DNA from: Alphaproteobacteria bacterium
Lineage (GTDB): Bacteria > Pseudomonadota > Alphaproteobacteria > UBA6615
Length of the DNA: 64,000 bases
NCBI GenBank assembly: GCA_965261975.1
Contig: CBDHEC010000017.1
Span: 17,664-81,663, forward strand
Reading direction: 5' to 3'
Positions 20,279-33,287 of this stretch are shown here, piece after piece (the first letter of the stretch is position 1; the number at the start of each line of letters is the position of its first letter). The notes under the pieces are model-generated. The model was not told where the DNA came from, did not search any database, and saw nothing but the letters and a program-made list of their open reading frames with translations. The translations under genes and the position numbers were made by a program.

Positions 20279-20836
20279 CTAGTCCGGCATCGGGGTGCGT
20301 TCGATCGTGTCCTCGATCGGCACGTGCAGCGTCGTGCAGAAGGTGCCGACGAGCTGGTAGTAGCCGACCATCACCGTCAGATCGACGAGACCCCGGTCGC
20401 CCAGGGCGTCGCGAATTTCTTCAATCAATGCGTCGTCGGCTTTCCCGTTGTTGGCGACGATGCGTGAGAACCGCAGCACCGGGCCGACAGGAGACGGCAG
20501 ATCCTCGGCCGCCGGCATCCCGCAGATCGCGCGCATATCATCCGGCATCCGGTGAATGTGATGGGTCCATTCGTACCAGTTGCCGACCTCCTTCGAGACC
20601 GTGCAGATGATCATCTCGCGCAACACCTCGTCGAAGACGCTATGGAAGCGCACATGCTCGCCGACCGATGCCACGGCCTCGAGCGCGCCGGGGCTGCTGG
20701 CCATCCGCGCAAACAGTTCGGCCATGAACTCGAGCTTCCGGGTCTCCATGATGTGGTCATAGACGCCAACCCGCTCGGCGGGGAAATCTTCCCGTGACAC
20801 GTGCGGCACCCGCGCGTCCTCGTTGTAGTCGGTCAT
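20279..20836 (-). CDS. Carboxymuconolactone decarboxylase/AhpD-like protein
   Basis: LREMII, YEWTHH and VDLTVMVGYY motifs. SD GGAGGGG precedes the ATG at 20836. Confidence 0.8.
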   Translation of the reverse strand: MTDYNEDARVPHVSREDFPAERVGVYDHIMETRKLEFMAELFARMASSPGALEAVASVGEHVRFHSVFDEVLREMIICTVSKEVGNWYEWTHHIHRMPDDMRAICGMPAAEDLPSPVGPVLRFSRIVANNGKADDALIEEIRDALGDRGLVDLTVMVGYYQLVGTFCTTLHVPIEDTIERTPMPD

Positions 20837-20913
20837 GCTTCCCCTCCAGATTTTGAATGCAATTCGTTGTAGGTTGCGTTGATAGAATAGCGGGAAATGC
20901 AAAGGACGTTGCA

Positions 20914-22272
20914 ATGAACCTCCACGCGATGCTCGGCCGGCGCGCCGAAGACGGGCGGCCTGTCCGGGTTGGCCTGATCGGCTCGGGCAAATTCGGCACC
21001 ATGTATCTATCCCAGGCGGCGCGGACGCCAGGCATCCACGTCGTGGCGATCGCCGACCTGGACCCGGAGCGCGCCCGCGCGGCCTGCGCGCGGGTCGGGG
21101 GGCTCGATCCGTCCGCCGCGACATTCGAGGCCGCCCTGTCCGGAGGCAACACCCATCTGACCGACGATTCGATGGCGCTGGTCGCCGCCGACGGGATCGA
21201 CGTGGTGATCGATGCGACCGGCAGCCCCGCCGCCGGTATAGCCCACGCGCTGGCGGCCTGCGAGTACGGCAAGCACATCGTGATGGTCAACGTGGAAGCC
21301 GATGTCCTCGCCGGGCCGTTACTGGCTGAACGGGCTCGCCAGGCGGGGGTCGTCTATTCGCTCGCCTATGGCGATCAGCCGGCCTTGATTCACGAGCAGG
21401 TCGACTGGGCCCGGGCCTGCGGCCTCGAGGTGATCGCCGCCGGCAAGGGCACCAAGTATCTCGATGGCTACCACTATGTGACACCGGATGACGTCTGGGA
21501 GCATTACGGGCTGACCCCGGAACAGGCCGCGGCCGGCGGCATGAACCCGCAAATGTTCAACTCCTTCCTCGACGGCACCAAGTCAGCCATCGAGATGGCC
21601 GCCGTCGCCAACGCCACCGGGCTCACGCCCGCGCCCGACGGGCTCGCCTTCCCGGCCTGCGGCGTCCACGACCTGCCGCATGTGATGCGGCCTGCCGCCG
21701 AGGGTGGCCAGTTGCATCACAAGGGACAGGTCGAGGTCATCAGCTCGGAGGAACGCGACGGCCGCCATGTGACCGGCGATCTGCGCTGGGGGGTGTATGT
21801 GGTGTTCGAGGCGCCGAGCGAATATGTCCGCGCCTGCTTCGATGAATATGGGCTGGTCACGGATGTCTCGGGCAACTATGCCGCCCAGTGGAAGCCCTAC
21901 CACCTGATCGGGCTGGAACTCGGCATCTCCGTCGCCAGCGCCGCGCTGCGCAATGAGCCCACCGGATCCCCGACCGGCTTCCGTGGCGACGCCGTGGCAA
22001 CCGCCAAACGTGACCTGAAACCAGGCGACGAGCTGGACGGCGAAGGCGGATTCACCGTCTACGGGAAACTGATGCCGGCCGCGGCCAGTCTCGCCGCCGG
22101 CGGGCTTCCCATCGGGCTGGCCCATGGCGTGACGCTCAAGCGCGCCGTGCCCAGGGATCAGCCCGTCGGATGGGCCGATGTCGAGATCGACGCGAACATC
22201 CAGGCCGTGCAGGTGCGCCGCGAGATGGAAGCGATGTTCGCCGACCCGGCCGCACACGAAGCCGCACAATAA
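20914..22272 (+). CDS. NAD(P)-dependent oxidoreductase with C-terminal SAF domain (COG4091, homoserine dehydrogenase-like)
   Basis: GLIGSGKFG, MVNVEAD, YGDQP, FLDGTKSAIEM, HLIGLELG, AKRDLKPG..LDGEGG and GLPIGLAH motifs. Confidence 0.88.
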   Translation: MNLHAMLGRRAEDGRPVRVGLIGSGKFGTMYLSQAARTPGIHVVAIADLDPERARAACARVGGLDPSAATFEAALSGGNTHLTDDSMALVAADGIDVVIDATGSPAAGIAHALAACEYGKHIVMVNVEADVLAGPLLAERARQAGVVYSLAYGDQPALIHEQVDWARACGLEVIAAGKGTKYLDGYHYVTPDDVWEHYGLTPEQAAAGGMNPQMFNSFLDGTKSAIEMAAVANATGLTPAPDGLAFPACGVHDLPHVMRPAAEGGQLHHKGQVEVISSEERDGRHVTGDLRWGVYVVFEAPSEYVRACFDEYGLVTDVSGNYAAQWKPYHLIGLELGISVASAALRNEPTGSPTGFRGDAVATAKRDLKPGDELDGEGGFTVYGKLMPAAASLAAGGLPIGLAHGVTLKRAVPRDQPVGWADVEIDANIQAVQVRREMEAMFADPAAHEAAQ

Positions 22273-22322
22273 CGCTGCCGCCGGTTGCGCCCGGCGCCAA
22301 GCTGGCCTACGTAACCGCCGCC

Positions 22323-23465
22323 ATGCCCGACGACACGCCCGATTCGGAATTGCTGACCCCGCTCGAACGCTATCGCAACATGCGAGAAGCGAACGAGTTG
22401 ATGCGCGACCCGACGCAGAAACTGGCCGTCGAAAAACTCCAGATCCTGCATCACGCGCTGAAGGGCTATCAGCCGGCGGGCGACGGCTTTCTGTCGGGTT
22501 GGAAAGACCGGTTCGGACTGGGTCGACGCAACGAAGAACCACCGATGGGGCTTTATCTCTACGGCCCGGTCGGGCGCGGCAAATCCATGTTGATGGATCT
22601 GTTCTTCGACACAGCGCCGGTCGAGCGCAAACGCCGGGTGCATTTCCACGCCTTCATGCTGGAAATCCAGCAGCGCCTGAACGAACTGCGCAAGCACGAG
22701 AAACGCGCCGACCCGCTGATGCAGGTCGCCGCAGACGTCGCCGACGAGAGCTGGCTGCTATGTTTCGACGAGTTCCATGTCGTCAATATCGCCGACGCCA
22801 TGATCCTGGGCCGTTTGTTCCAGGCCTTCTTCGATCACGGCGTGGTGGTGATCGCCACATCCAATGTCGCCCCGCGCGATCTCTACAAGGACGGCCTGCA
22901 GCGCGACCGGTTCCTGCCCTTCATCGATCTGATCGTCGAGAAACTCGACGTGCTCGATATCGGTGCCGGTACGGATTTCCGGCTCGACCGGCTGAAGGGG
23001 GAGCCCGTCTGGCACACACCGATCGGCCGCGCCGTGACCGCCAAGCTCGACGCGACCTTCGCCACCCTGACCGACAACGCCGACCCGGTCCCGTTCGAGG
23101 TCGAAATTCAGGGCAGGAGCATCCACGCTCATCAGGCCGCTCGCGGCATCGCCCGGTTTACCTTCGACGAATTGTGTAACAAGCCGCGAGGCGCGTCGGA
23201 TTTCCTGACCATCGCAACCCAGTTCCATACCGTCATGGTCGACAACATCCCCGTTCTCGACGAGCGCGAGCGCGACGCCGCGAAGCGTTTCGTTGTGCTG
23301 ATCGATTCGCTTTACGAGCATCATGTGAACCTGTTCGCCAGCGCCGACGGTGAGCCCGACGCGCTTTACATGAAAGGCGATACGGCATTTGAATTTCAGC
23401 GCACGGTATCGCGGCTCATGGAAATGCAGGCCGAAGACTATCTGAACAGCCCGCACGCACCATAG
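22323..23465 (+). CDS. zapE: Cell division ATPase ZapE (AFG1 family)
   Basis: GPVGRGKSMLMD Walker A, HFHAFM, CFDEF, ATSN and FQRTVSRLMEM motifs. Confidence 0.93.
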   Translation: MPDDTPDSELLTPLERYRNMREANELMRDPTQKLAVEKLQILHHALKGYQPAGDGFLSGWKDRFGLGRRNEEPPMGLYLYGPVGRGKSMLMDLFFDTAPVERKRRVHFHAFMLEIQQRLNELRKHEKRADPLMQVAADVADESWLLCFDEFHVVNIADAMILGRLFQAFFDHGVVVIATSNVAPRDLYKDGLQRDRFLPFIDLIVEKLDVLDIGAGTDFRLDRLKGEPVWHTPIGRAVTAKLDATFATLTDNADPVPFEVEIQGRSIHAHQAARGIARFTFDELCNKPRGASDFLTIATQFHTVMVDNIPVLDERERDAAKRFVVLIDSLYEHHVNLFASADGEPDALYMKGDTAFEFQRTVSRLMEMQAEDYLNSPHAP

Positions 23466-23536
23466 ATTCGCCCCGCGGCGGCACCGATCCGGCGGCACAA
23501 ATGCCTTGCCCCGGCCATGCCTTGAACCACCCCTGA

Positions 23537-24571
<1,035 letters not shown>

Positions 24572-24587
24572 ACACAGAACCCGCGAC

Positions 24588-24711
24588 AGTCCGACTTTAG
24601 ACCCGGTTGCGCACTGCAACATGAGTGCTACAGTCGGACTTCGTTAACCATGTTCGGCCCCATCAACCGGGCTATATCGCGACGGTGAGCGAGAAATTAA
24701 CCATACGGTAA
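24588..24711. promoter_or_regulatory. Inverted repeat plus CtrA-like sites upstream of sucC
   Basis: AGTCCGACT(24588)...AGTCGGACT(24640) inverted repeat; TTAACCAT at 24644 and 24697; TTAA-N7-GTAA at 24697-24711. Confidence 0.45.
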
Positions 24712-24769
24712 TCCCGGACGTTCATCGTCACCGCCACTTTCCACATTTTCCTCTCGGAACAGACCGCCA

Positions 24770-25966
24770 ATGAACATTCACGAGTATCAGGCCAAAGGCC
24801 TGCTGGCGAAATTCGGTGTCGCCGTGCCCCGCGGCGCGGTTGCCTATACGCCGGAAGAAGCCAGCAAGGCGGCCCAGGATCTGGGCGGCTCAATCTGGGT
24901 TGTAAAATCCCAAATTCACGCCGGCGGACGCGGTGCAGGACATTTCGCCGAAGACCCGGATGGCGGCGGCGGCGTCCGCCTCGCCAAGAGCGACGACGAA
25001 GTCCGCGCCCATGCCGCAGCCATGCTGGGCCAGACGCTGGTCACCAAGCAGACCGGCCCGGACGGCAAGGAAGTGAAACGGATCTATGTCGAGGAAGGCT
25101 GTGATATTGCACGCGAGCTCTACCTGAGCCTGCTGGTGGATCGCGAGACCTCACGAATCGTCATCGTCGCCTCGACCGAAGGCGGCATGGACATCGAGAC
25201 CGTCGCCGAGGAAACACCTGACAAGATTGCCCAGGTGGTGATCGACCCCGTCACCGGCATCATGCCGTTCCACACCCGCGAGATTGCCTTCGGGCTCGGC
25301 CTCGAAGGCAGCCAGATCAAGAGCGCCGCCAAATTCTTGACGGCGATGTATGACGCGTTCCTCGAGCTCGACGCTTCGATGGTCGAAATCAACCCGCTCG
25401 TGGTGACCGGGTCGGGCGATGTCATCGCGCTCGATGCGAAGATGAACTTCGACGACAACGCGCTCTACCGTCAGGCCGATGTCGAGGCGCTGCGCGACGA
25501 GGACGAAGAAGACCCGATGGAGCTCGAAGCCTCGAAGCACGAGCTCAATTACATCAAGCTCGACGGCGTGATCGGCTGCATGGTGAACGGCGCCGGCCTG
25601 GCCATGGCCACGATGGACATCGTCAAACTGCATGGTAGCGAACCCGCCAACTTCCTGGACGTCGGCGGCGGTGCGACCAAGGAACGGGTCACGTCGGCCT
25701 TCAAAATCATCCTGTCCGATCCGAATGTCGAAGGCATTCTGGTCAACATCTTCGGCGGCATCATGCGTTGTGACGTGATCGCCGAAGGAATCGTTGCCGC
25801 GGCTCGCGAAGTTTCGCTGCATGTACCGCTGGTTGTCCGCCTTGAAGGCACAAACGTCGATCTCGGCAAGAAAATCCTTGCAGAGTCGGGGCTCCCGATC
25901 GTCTCGGCAGACGATCTCGGGGATGCCGCCGAAAAAATCGTCAACGCGGTGAAGGAGGCGGCCTAA
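24770..25966 (+). CDS. sucC: Succinyl-CoA synthetase beta subunit
   Basis: [30 protein letters not shown] and NIFGGIMRC motifs. Confidence 0.98.
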   Translation: MNIHEYQAKGLLAKFGVAVPRGAVAYTPEEASKAAQDLGGSIWVVKSQIHAGGRGAGHFAEDPDGGGGVRLAKSDDEVRAHAAAMLGQTLVTKQTGPDGKEVKRIYVEEGCDIARELYLSLLVDRETSRIVIVASTEGGMDIETVAEETPDKIAQVVIDPVTGIMPFHTREIAFGLGLEGSQIKSAAKFLTAMYDAFLELDASMVEINPLVVTGSGDVIALDAKMNFDDNALYRQADVEALRDEDEEDPMELEASKHELNYIKLDGVIGCMVNGAGLAMATMDIVKLHGSEPANFLDVGGGATKERVTSAFKIILSDPNVEGILVNIFGGIMRCDVIAEGIVAAAREVSLHVPLVVRLEGTNVDLGKKILAESGLPIVSADDLGDAAEKIVNAVKEAA

Positions 25967-25970
25967 CGCC

Positions 25971-26846
25971 ATGTCCGTACTCGTCGGCAAAGAAACCAAA
26001 GTCATCTGTCAGGGCTTCACCGGAGCCCAGGGCACCTTTCATTCCGAGCAGGCTATCGCCTACGGCACCCAGATGGTCGGCGGCGTGACGCCGGGCAAGG
26101 GCGGCACCTCGCATCTCGACCTTCCCGTGTTCAACACGGTGGACGAAGCGGTCAGCACGACCGGAGCGAATGCCTCCGTCATCTATGTACCGCCGCCATT
26201 TGCGGGCGATGCCATCCTCGAGGCAATCGACGCCGGTGTTGATCTCGTGGTGTGTATCACCGAAGGCATCCCGGTCCTCGACATGGTCCGGGTCAAGCGG
26301 GCCCTCAGCGGCTCCAGTACCCGCCTCATCGGCCCGAACTGCCCGGGCGTCATCACGCCTGACGAGTGCAAGATCGGCATCATGCCGGGGCATATTCATC
26401 GCCGCGGCAACATCGGCATCGTCTCGCGGTCGGGCACCCTGACCTATGAGGCCGTTGCGCAAACGACCGCGGTCGGACTTGGCCAGAGCACCTGCATCGG
26501 CATCGGTGGCGATCCCGTGAACGGCACCAATTTCATCGATTGCCTGGATATGTTCCTGGAAGACGATGAGACCGAGGGCATTATCATGATCGGCGAAATC
26601 GGCGGTTCGGCCGAAGAAGACGCCGCCGATTTCCTGAAATCGTCAAAGATCAAAAAACCGGTCGCCGGGTTCATCGCCGGCGTCACGGCACCTCCCGGAA
26701 AGCGCATGGGCCATGCCGGCGCCATCATTTCGGGCGGCAAAGGCACCGCGGATGCAAAAATGGACGCCATGAAATCTGCGGGCATTCTGGTTGCGGAGTC
26801 GCCGTCGGCGCTCGGCACCACGATGATGAAGGCATTGAAGGGCTAG
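25971..26846 (+). CDS. sucD: Succinyl-CoA synthetase alpha subunit
   Basis: [20 protein letters not shown] and RMGHAGA motifs. Confidence 0.98.
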   Translation: MSVLVGKETKVICQGFTGAQGTFHSEQAIAYGTQMVGGVTPGKGGTSHLDLPVFNTVDEAVSTTGANASVIYVPPPFAGDAILEAIDAGVDLVVCITEGIPVLDMVRVKRALSGSSTRLIGPNCPGVITPDECKIGIMPGHIHRRGNIGIVSRSGTLTYEAVAQTTAVGLGQSTCIGIGGDPVNGTNFIDCLDMFLEDDETEGIIMIGEIGGSAEEDAADFLKSSKIKKPVAGFIAGVTAPPGKRMGHAGAIISGGKGTADAKMDAMKSAGILVAESPSALGTTMMKALKG

Positions 26847-26924
26847 GTAGGTCACCTATCTGTTGGTGAGGGGGACACCGACGCTTTGTAACAAGGGACC
26901 GCAGCCTCATACCGCGGCTAGAAC

Positions 26925-29864
26925 ATGAATAGTTATATTGGCCACTCCTCGTTCCTGAATGGCGCCAACGCAACCTTCGTTGCGCAACTTTACGCGAACT
27001 ACCTCGAGCAGCCGGATAGCGTCGATCCTGAATGGGGCGAGTTCTTCGCCACGTTGCACGATGATGCCCGCGCCCTGCTGGAAGATCTGCGGGGTGCCAG
27101 CTGGGCGCCACGCGACGCGCGCATCATCGGTGAGTATCGTGGAAACGGAGCCAACGGTGCGCAGCCGGGCAACGGACACGCGTCCCCAGCCTCCCCGGGT
27201 GCCAACGGCGCTCCTTTGAAAGGCGCCCCTCTTTCCTACGGTGCGGGCGGCGATTCCCAGGCCTCACCCGACCAGGTTCGCCGCGCGACTCTCGATTCCA
27301 TTCGCGCCCTGATGCTTATCCGCGCCTACCGTGTGCGCGGGCATCTCGAGGCGCGGCTCGACCCGCTCGGCCTGGTGAAACCCGATGCCCACCCGGAACT
27401 TGACCCGCGCACATACGGTTTTGCGGATTCAGACCTGGATCGGCCCATCTTCATCAACTATGTGCTCGGCCTCGAAACCGCGACGATGCGCCAGATTATC
27501 GACGTGGTGCGCGAGACCTATTGCGGCAATATCGGCATCGAGTTCATGCACATCCAGGGCCCGGAAGAGAAGGCCTGGATCCAGGAGCGCATCGAGGGTG
27601 TCCGCAACCACACCGAATTCACCGAGCAGGGCAAACAGGCAATCCTCGGTGCCCTGACACGCGCGGAAATCTTCGAGCAGTTCCTCGACAAGAAATACAC
27701 CGGCGCCAAACGGTTCGGGCTGGAAGGGGGCGAGACCCTGATTCCGGCCCTCGAGCAGCTGGTCAAACGCGGCGGCCAACTGGGCTTGCGTGAACTGGTG
27801 ATCGGCATGCCCCACCGCGGCCGCCTGAACGTGCTGGCCAACTTCATGGACAAGCCGTTCCGCGCGATGTTCTCGGAATTCGAGGGCAACTCGCCCAACC
27901 CCGACGATGTCATGGGATCCGGCGATGTGAAGTACCATCTCGGCACCTCATCCGACCGCTCCTTCGACGGCAACAATGTGCATTTGTCGCTAACGCCGAA
28001 CCCGAGTCACCTCGAAGCGGTGAACACCGTCGTTCTGGGTAAGGTCCGCGCCAAGCAGCAGCTGCGCAGCGATACCGAGCGCGACAAGGTCATGGGCCTG
28101 CTGATGCACGGCGATGCCGCGTTTGCCGGTCAGGGCCTCGTGGCCGAGACGCTCGACCTTTCCCAGCTGCGCGGCTACCGCACCGGCGGCACGTTCCATC
28201 TGATCGTCAACAACCAGATCGGCTTCACGACCAATCCGACGGCGGCGCGCTCGTCGCCCTATTCGTCGGATGTCGCCAAGATGATCCAGTCGCCGATCTT
28301 CCATGTAAACGGAGACGACCCCGAATCAGCCGTCCATGTGGCGCGGATCGCGACCGAGTATCGATACCGCTTCAAGGCCGACGTGGTCATGGACCTGTGG
28401 GGCTATCGCCGCGCCGGGCACAACGAATCCGACGAGCCGGCCTTTACCCAGCCGCGGATGTACAAATCAATCTCCGAGCAGCCGACGACGCGCGCGCTCT
28501 ACGCGGAGCAACTCGAAGCCGAGGGCGTGATCGAGGCGGGTGGCGGCGACCGCATGGTCGAGGAGTTCCAGGCCCATCTGGAACAGGAGTTCGAGGCCGC
28601 CCAGAGCTACAAACCGAACAAGGCCGACTGGCTTGAAGGCCGCTGGGCCGACCTCGGCATGGCGGAAGGCGATGAGCGCCGCGGCGAGACAGCCGTGGAC
28701 AACGACCTCCTGAACGAGGTCGGGCATGCCATTTCCGAACCCCCGCAGGGGCTCGAGATGAATTCGAAGATCCTTCGCCAGCTCAAGAACAAGCGCAAGA
28801 TGATCGAGACCGGCGAAGGCATCGACTGGGCAACGGGTGAAGCACTCGCGTTCGGCACTTTGCTGTGTGAATCCACGCCCGTGCGTCTGTCCGGCGAAGA
28901 TGTGGGCCGCGGCACCTTCTCGCAGCGCCATGCCGTGTTGGTGGACCAGACCCATGAAGAAAAATATCTGCCGCTGGCGAACATCCGCTACGGCCAGGCG
29001 CCAATCGAGGTCATCGACAGCCCCCTGTCGGAGTTCGGCGTCCTCGGTTTCGAATATGGCTACAGCCAGGCCGAGCCCCACGCGCTTGTGCTCTGGGAGG
29101 CGCAATTCGGCGACTTCGCCAATGGCGCGCAGGTCATCATCGACCAGTTCATCGCATCGGGCGAATCCAAATGGCTGCGCATGTCAGGCCTGGTCATGCT
29201 CCTGCCCCATGGGTTCGAAGGCCAGGGACCGGAGCATTCCTCGGCCCGCCTTGAGCGTTACCTGCAGCTGTGCGGCGACGACAACATGCAAGTCTGCAAC
29301 ATCACCACACCGGCGAATTACTATCACGCGCTGCGCCGGCAGATTCGCCGCAACTTCCGCAAGCCGCTGATCGTGATGACGCCGAAGTCCCTGCTCCGGC
29401 ACAAACTGTGCGTGTCGAATCTGGAAGACTTTGGTCCCGGAACCAGTTTCCACCGGGTCCTCTATGACAATGAAAAGCTGTGCGACGACAAGGATGTGAA
29501 GCGCGTCGTGCTGTGCTCGGGCAAGGTCTATTACGATTTGTATGAAGAGCGCGCAAAACGCGGGATCAAGGATGTCTTCTTCCTGCGGCTTGAGCAGCTC
29601 TACCCCTTCCCGCGCAAGGCGCTGATCGAGGAGCTGTCGCGCTTCAAGCATGCCGAGATCGTCTGGTGCCAGGAAGAGCCCGAAAACATGGGCGGCTGGA
29701 CATTCGTCGATCGGCGCCTCGAGGACGTCCTCGTGGAGATCGATGCCTACCAGACCCGTCCGAAATATGTCGGCCGCGTCGAATCGGCCTCACCCGCCAC
29801 GGGTAACGCCGCGCGCCACAGACGCGAACAGGAAAAATTGGTCGACGAAGCGCTCACGGTCTGA
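26925..29864 (+). CDS. sucA: 2-oxoglutarate dehydrogenase E1
   Basis: [35 protein letters not shown] and GPEHSSAR motifs. Confidence 0.98.
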   Translation: MNSYIGHSSFLNGANATFVAQLYANYLEQPDSVDPEWGEFFATLHDDARALLEDLRGASWAPRDARIIGEYRGNGANGAQPGNGHASPASPGANGAPLKGAPLSYGAGGDSQASPDQVRRATLDSIRALMLIRAYRVRGHLEARLDPLGLVKPDAHPELDPRTYGFADSDLDRPIFINYVLGLETATMRQIIDVVRETYCGNIGIEFMHIQGPEEKAWIQERIEGVRNHTEFTEQGKQAILGALTRAEIFEQFLDKKYTGAKRFGLEGGETLIPALEQLVKRGGQLGLRELVIGMPHRGRLNVLANFMDKPFRAMFSEFEGNSPNPDDVMGSGDVKYHLGTSSDRSFDGNNVHLSLTPNPSHLEAVNTVVLGKVRAKQQLRSDTERDKVMGLLMHGDAAFAGQGLVAETLDLSQLRGYRTGGTFHLIVNNQIGFTTNPTAARSSPYSSDVAKMIQSPIFHVNGDDPESAVHVARIATEYRYRFKADVVMDLWGYRRAGHNESDEPAFTQPRMYKSISEQPTTRALYAEQLEAEGVIEAGGGDRMVEEFQAHLEQEFEAAQSYKPNKADWLEGRWADLGMAEGDERRGETAVDNDLLNEVGHAISEPPQGLEMNSKILRQLKNKRKMIETGEGIDWATGEALAFGTLLCESTPVRLSGEDVGRGTFSQRHAVLVDQTHEEKYLPLANIRYGQAPIEVIDSPLSEFGVLGFEYGYSQAEPHALVLWEAQFGDFANGAQVIIDQFIASGESKWLRMSGLVMLLPHGFEGQGPEHSSARLERYLQLCGDDNMQVCNITTPANYYHALRRQIRRNFRKPLIVMTPKSLLRHKLCVSNLEDFGPGTSFHRVLYDNEKLCDDKDVKRVVLCSGKVYYDLYEERAKRGIKDVFFLRLEQLYPFPRKALIEELSRFKHAEIVWCQEEPENMGGWTFVDRRLEDVLVEIDAYQTRPKYVGRVESASPATGNAARHRREQEKLVDEALTV

Positions 29865-29892
29865 GCCGGTCGATGACAACGGGGATTACAAA

Positions 29893-31476
29893 ATGACCAT
29901 CGAGATCAAAGTGCCCGACATGGGCGAGTCCGTGACCGAAGGCACTGTGGCGCGCTGGTTCAAGGCCGTGGGCGAGGCCGTGACCGCCGACGAGCCCCTG
30001 GTCGAGATCGAGACCGACAAGGTCACGGTGGAGGTGCCCGCACCGAGCACCGGTGTCCTCACCGCGATCGGCGCCGACGAAGGCGTGGACGTCGAGGTCG
30101 GCACGGTCATCGGCTCTATCGACGAGAACGCAACCGCCGCACCTGCTCCGGCAGCAGACCCTGCTGCGGAAAGCGCACCGGCCGAAGAAAAACCTGCAGA
30201 GACGCCCACCGCTGCGGCTGCCGGCGGTGAGACCATGGATGTAACCGTGCCCGAACTGGGCGAATCCGTTACCGAAGGCACGGTCGGACGCTGGCTCAAA
30301 CAGGTCGGCGAAAGCTTTGCGGCCGACGAGCCGCTGGTCGAGATCGAAACCGACAAGGTAACCGCGGAACTGCCGGCGCCCGGGGCCGGTACCCTTATCG
30401 AAATCATCGCCAATGAAGGCGTCGACGTTGAAGTCGGCGCCATCGTCGGCCGCATCACGACCGGCGACGCCCCGGCAGCTGTTCCTCCCGCAGCTGAAAC
30501 ACCGGCGGCGGCCGAAGAACCGGCCCCGGCCGAGGCTCCGGCCGCGAGCGCGAATACGGACCACCCGCTCTCGCCGGCGGTACAGAAGCTGGTCGACGAG
30601 AACGGGCTCGACCCATCGGCCATCCCTGTCACAGGTCGCGACGGACGCATCACAAAGGGTGACGTGATGCGCTACCTCGACAGCCGCGGGTCCGGCGCCA
30701 GCGCCGCGCCGGCAACGGCACCCGCCGCCGCGGCCTTTGTCGCCGCGAGCGATCTGCCGGAACGCGCAGAAGACCCGCGCGGCGAAGAACGCGTGCGCAT
30801 GACCAAGTTGCGCCAGACCGTCGCCACGCGCCTCAAGCAGGCACAGAACACGGCGGCGATGCTGACCACCTTCAACGAGGTCGACATGCAGGGCGTGATG
30901 GATCTGCGCGCCCGCTACCGTGACGATTTCGAGAAGAAGCACGGGGTCAAGCTGGGTTTCATGAGCATCTTCGTGAAGGCGGCGATCAACGCCCTGAAGG
31001 AGCTGCCCTCGGTGAATGCGGAGATCCATGGCGACGAGATTATCTACCGCAACTACTACGACATCGGGATCGCAGTCGGCGGCGAACAAGGCCTTGTCGT
31101 CCCGGTCCTGCGCGATGCAGACAAGCAGAGCTTCGCCCAGATCGAAGGTCAGATTTCGGACTTCGGACAGCGCGCCCGCGACGGCAAGCTGACGATGAAG
31201 GAACTCACAGGCGGCACCTTCACGATCACAAATGGCGGCATCTTCGGCTCGATGCTTTCAACACCGATCCTGAACCCGCCGCAGTCGGGAATTCTCGGCA
31301 TGCACAACATCGTCAAGCGGCCGGTCGTGATCGACGACGAAATCGTCATCCGACCGATGATGTATCTGGCGCTGAGTTACGACCATCGGATCATCGATGG
31401 CCGCGAGGCGGTTACCTTCCTGGTCCGGCTCAAACAGGCAATTGAGGACCCGGAGCGTCTTCTGATCGAGGTGTAG
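29893..31476 (+). CDS. sucB: Dihydrolipoamide succinyltransferase E2 with two lipoyl domains
   Basis: Two EIETDKV lipoyl motifs, GRDGRITK E3-binding domain, TTFNEVDM and YDHRIIDG. Confidence 0.97.
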   Translation: MTIEIKVPDMGESVTEGTVARWFKAVGEAVTADEPLVEIETDKVTVEVPAPSTGVLTAIGADEGVDVEVGTVIGSIDENATAAPAPAADPAAESAPAEEKPAETPTAAAAGGETMDVTVPELGESVTEGTVGRWLKQVGESFAADEPLVEIETDKVTAELPAPGAGTLIEIIANEGVDVEVGAIVGRITTGDAPAAVPPAAETPAAAEEPAPAEAPAASANTDHPLSPAVQKLVDENGLDPSAIPVTGRDGRITKGDVMRYLDSRGSGASAAPATAPAAAAFVAASDLPERAEDPRGEERVRMTKLRQTVATRLKQAQNTAAMLTTFNEVDMQGVMDLRARYRDDFEKKHGVKLGFMSIFVKAAINALKELPSVNAEIHGDEIIYRNYYDIGIAVGGEQGLVVPVLRDADKQSFAQIEGQISDFGQRARDGKLTMKELTGGTFTITNGGIFGSMLSTPILNPPQSGILGMHNIVKRPVVIDDEIVIRPMMYLALSYDHRIIDGREAVTFLVRLKQAIEDPERLLIEV

Positions 31477-31482
31477 AAAGCC

Positions 31483-32895
31483 ATGGCAGACGAACAGAGT
31501 TTCGACCTCGTTGTAATCGGCGCCGGCCCGGGCGGTTATGTTGCCGCCATCCGCGCCGCGCAACTCGGCCTCAATGTGGCTTGCGTGGAGAAACGCGCGA
31601 CGCTGGGCGGCACCTGCCTCAATATTGGCTGCATCCCCTCGAAAGCCCTGCTGCAATCATCCGAGCACTACACCCACGCCCAGCATGGGCTGGGGGCGCA
31701 CGGCGTCAAGGTTGGCAAGGTCTCGTTCGACCTCGACGCGATGATGGCGCACAAGACCAAGGTCGTGGACGATAACACCCAGGGCATCGAGTTCCTGTTC
31801 AAGAAGAACAAGGTCACCTCCGTGTTCGGCACAGCCGAAATCAAAAGTGCCCAGGAAGTCGTGGTGACACCGGATGACGGCGCACCGCAAACTCTGAAAA
31901 CCAAGTATGTCCTGATCGCGACAGGCTCCGAGTCCATGCCCCTGCCCGGCGTGGACGTCGATGAGAAACGCATCGTCACGTCGACAGGCGCACTCGAGCT
32001 CGAGAGCGCTCCCAAACATCTGGTGGTTATCGGCGGCGGTTACATCGGCCTCGAGATGGGCTCCGTCTGGGCCCGTCTGGGTGCCAAGGTCACGGTGGTC
32101 GAATTCCTCGACCGTATCACGCCCGGCATGGATGGCGAGGTGGCCAAGACCTTCCAGCGAACCCTGAAGAAGCAGGGAATGACGTTCAAACTCGGCACCA
32201 AGGTGACGGGAGCGAAAACCCTGAAGACCAAGATCAAGCTGGCCGTCGAACCGGCAGGCGGCGGTGACGGCGAGACGGTCGAGTGCGATACGGTGCTGGT
32301 GGCCATCGGCCGCCGGCCCTACACAAACGGCCTCGGCCTGGATGCTGCGGGCGTCAAAACGGACGACCGCGGATTCATAGAGATCGATGCCGATTTCCAG
32401 ACCAATGTGGCCGGCATATTCGCCATCGGCGACTGCGTGCCGGGCCCGATGTTGGCCCATAAGGCCGAGGATGAAGGTGTGGCGGCGGCCGAAATTATCG
32501 CCGGCGAGACGGGGCATGTGAACTACGACGCCATCCCCGGGATCGTCTACACCTGGCCGGAGGTCGCGGCAGTCGGCAAGACCGAGGAACAACTCAAGGA
32601 GGCCGGGGTCGAATATAGCAGCGGCACTTTCCCCTTCTCCGCGAATGGCCGCGCACGCGCCGCCAACGAAACAGACGGATTCGTGAAAATCCTCGCGGAC
32701 GCCAAGACCGACCAGGTCCTCGGCGCCCACATCATCGGACCGGATGCCGGCACGCTGATTCACGAGATCGTCGTGGCCATGGAGTTCGGCGCATCGGCCG
32801 AGGACATCGCGCGCACCTGCCACGGTCACCCGACCCTGGCCGAAGCCGTCAAGGAAGCCGCGCTCGCCGTGGGCGGGCGCACCATTCATATCTAG
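31483..32895 (+). CDS. lpdA: Dihydrolipoyl dehydrogenase
   Basis: [20 protein letters not shown] and HPTLAEA motifs. Confidence 0.97.
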   Translation: MADEQSFDLVVIGAGPGGYVAAIRAAQLGLNVACVEKRATLGGTCLNIGCIPSKALLQSSEHYTHAQHGLGAHGVKVGKVSFDLDAMMAHKTKVVDDNTQGIEFLFKKNKVTSVFGTAEIKSAQEVVVTPDDGAPQTLKTKYVLIATGSESMPLPGVDVDEKRIVTSTGALELESAPKHLVVIGGGYIGLEMGSVWARLGAKVTVVEFLDRITPGMDGEVAKTFQRTLKKQGMTFKLGTKVTGAKTLKTKIKLAVEPAGGGDGETVECDTVLVAIGRRPYTNGLGLDAAGVKTDDRGFIEIDADFQTNVAGIFAIGDCVPGPMLAHKAEDEGVAAAEIIAGETGHVNYDAIPGIVYTWPEVAAVGKTEEQLKEAGVEYSSGTFPFSANGRARAANETDGFVKILADAKTDQVLGAHIIGPDAGTLIHEIVVAMEFGASAEDIARTCHGHPTLAEAVKEAALAVGGRTIHI

Positions 32896-32914
32896 CCGGG
32901 CGCCCGGACAGACG

Positions 32915-33283
32915 TCAGCCGGTTTTCAGGTTGGCGCTGAAAGCAGCCGCGAGTTCGTTCAGGTCGAGCGGTTTGCGCAACAGCACCGTCGCGCCCGCAT
33001 CGAGGGCTTCCGCCTCCGCTTCCCGCAGGACCTGACCGGTCACGACGATTATCGGCAGTTCCGTGTCGCTGGACCGGATGGCGTGAATCAACTCCACCCC
33101 GTCACCGTCCGGCATGCGCAAGTCGGTCACGATCATGTCGGCGGGGTCGCTTGAATGGAGGGCCAAAGCGCTGCGCCCACTGCCCGCTGTGCTGGTGCGC
33201 ACGGACGCGCTTTCGAGAAAGCGCGCCACCTGTTCGGCAGCGAGCGGTTCGTCATCGACAACAAGGATATGCGCGTCGGTCAT
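32915..33283 (-). CDS. Single-domain response regulator (receiver only)
   Basis: ILVVDDE, TDLRMP (phosphoacceptor Asp), VTG and KP motifs. Confidence 0.92.
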   Translation of the reverse strand: MTDAHILVVDDEPLAAEQVARFLESASVRTSTAGSGRSALALHSSDPADMIVTDLRMPDGDGVELIHAIRSSDTELPIIVVTGQVLREAEAEALDAGATVLLRKPLDLNELAAAFSANLKTG

Positions 33284-33287
33284 TGGC

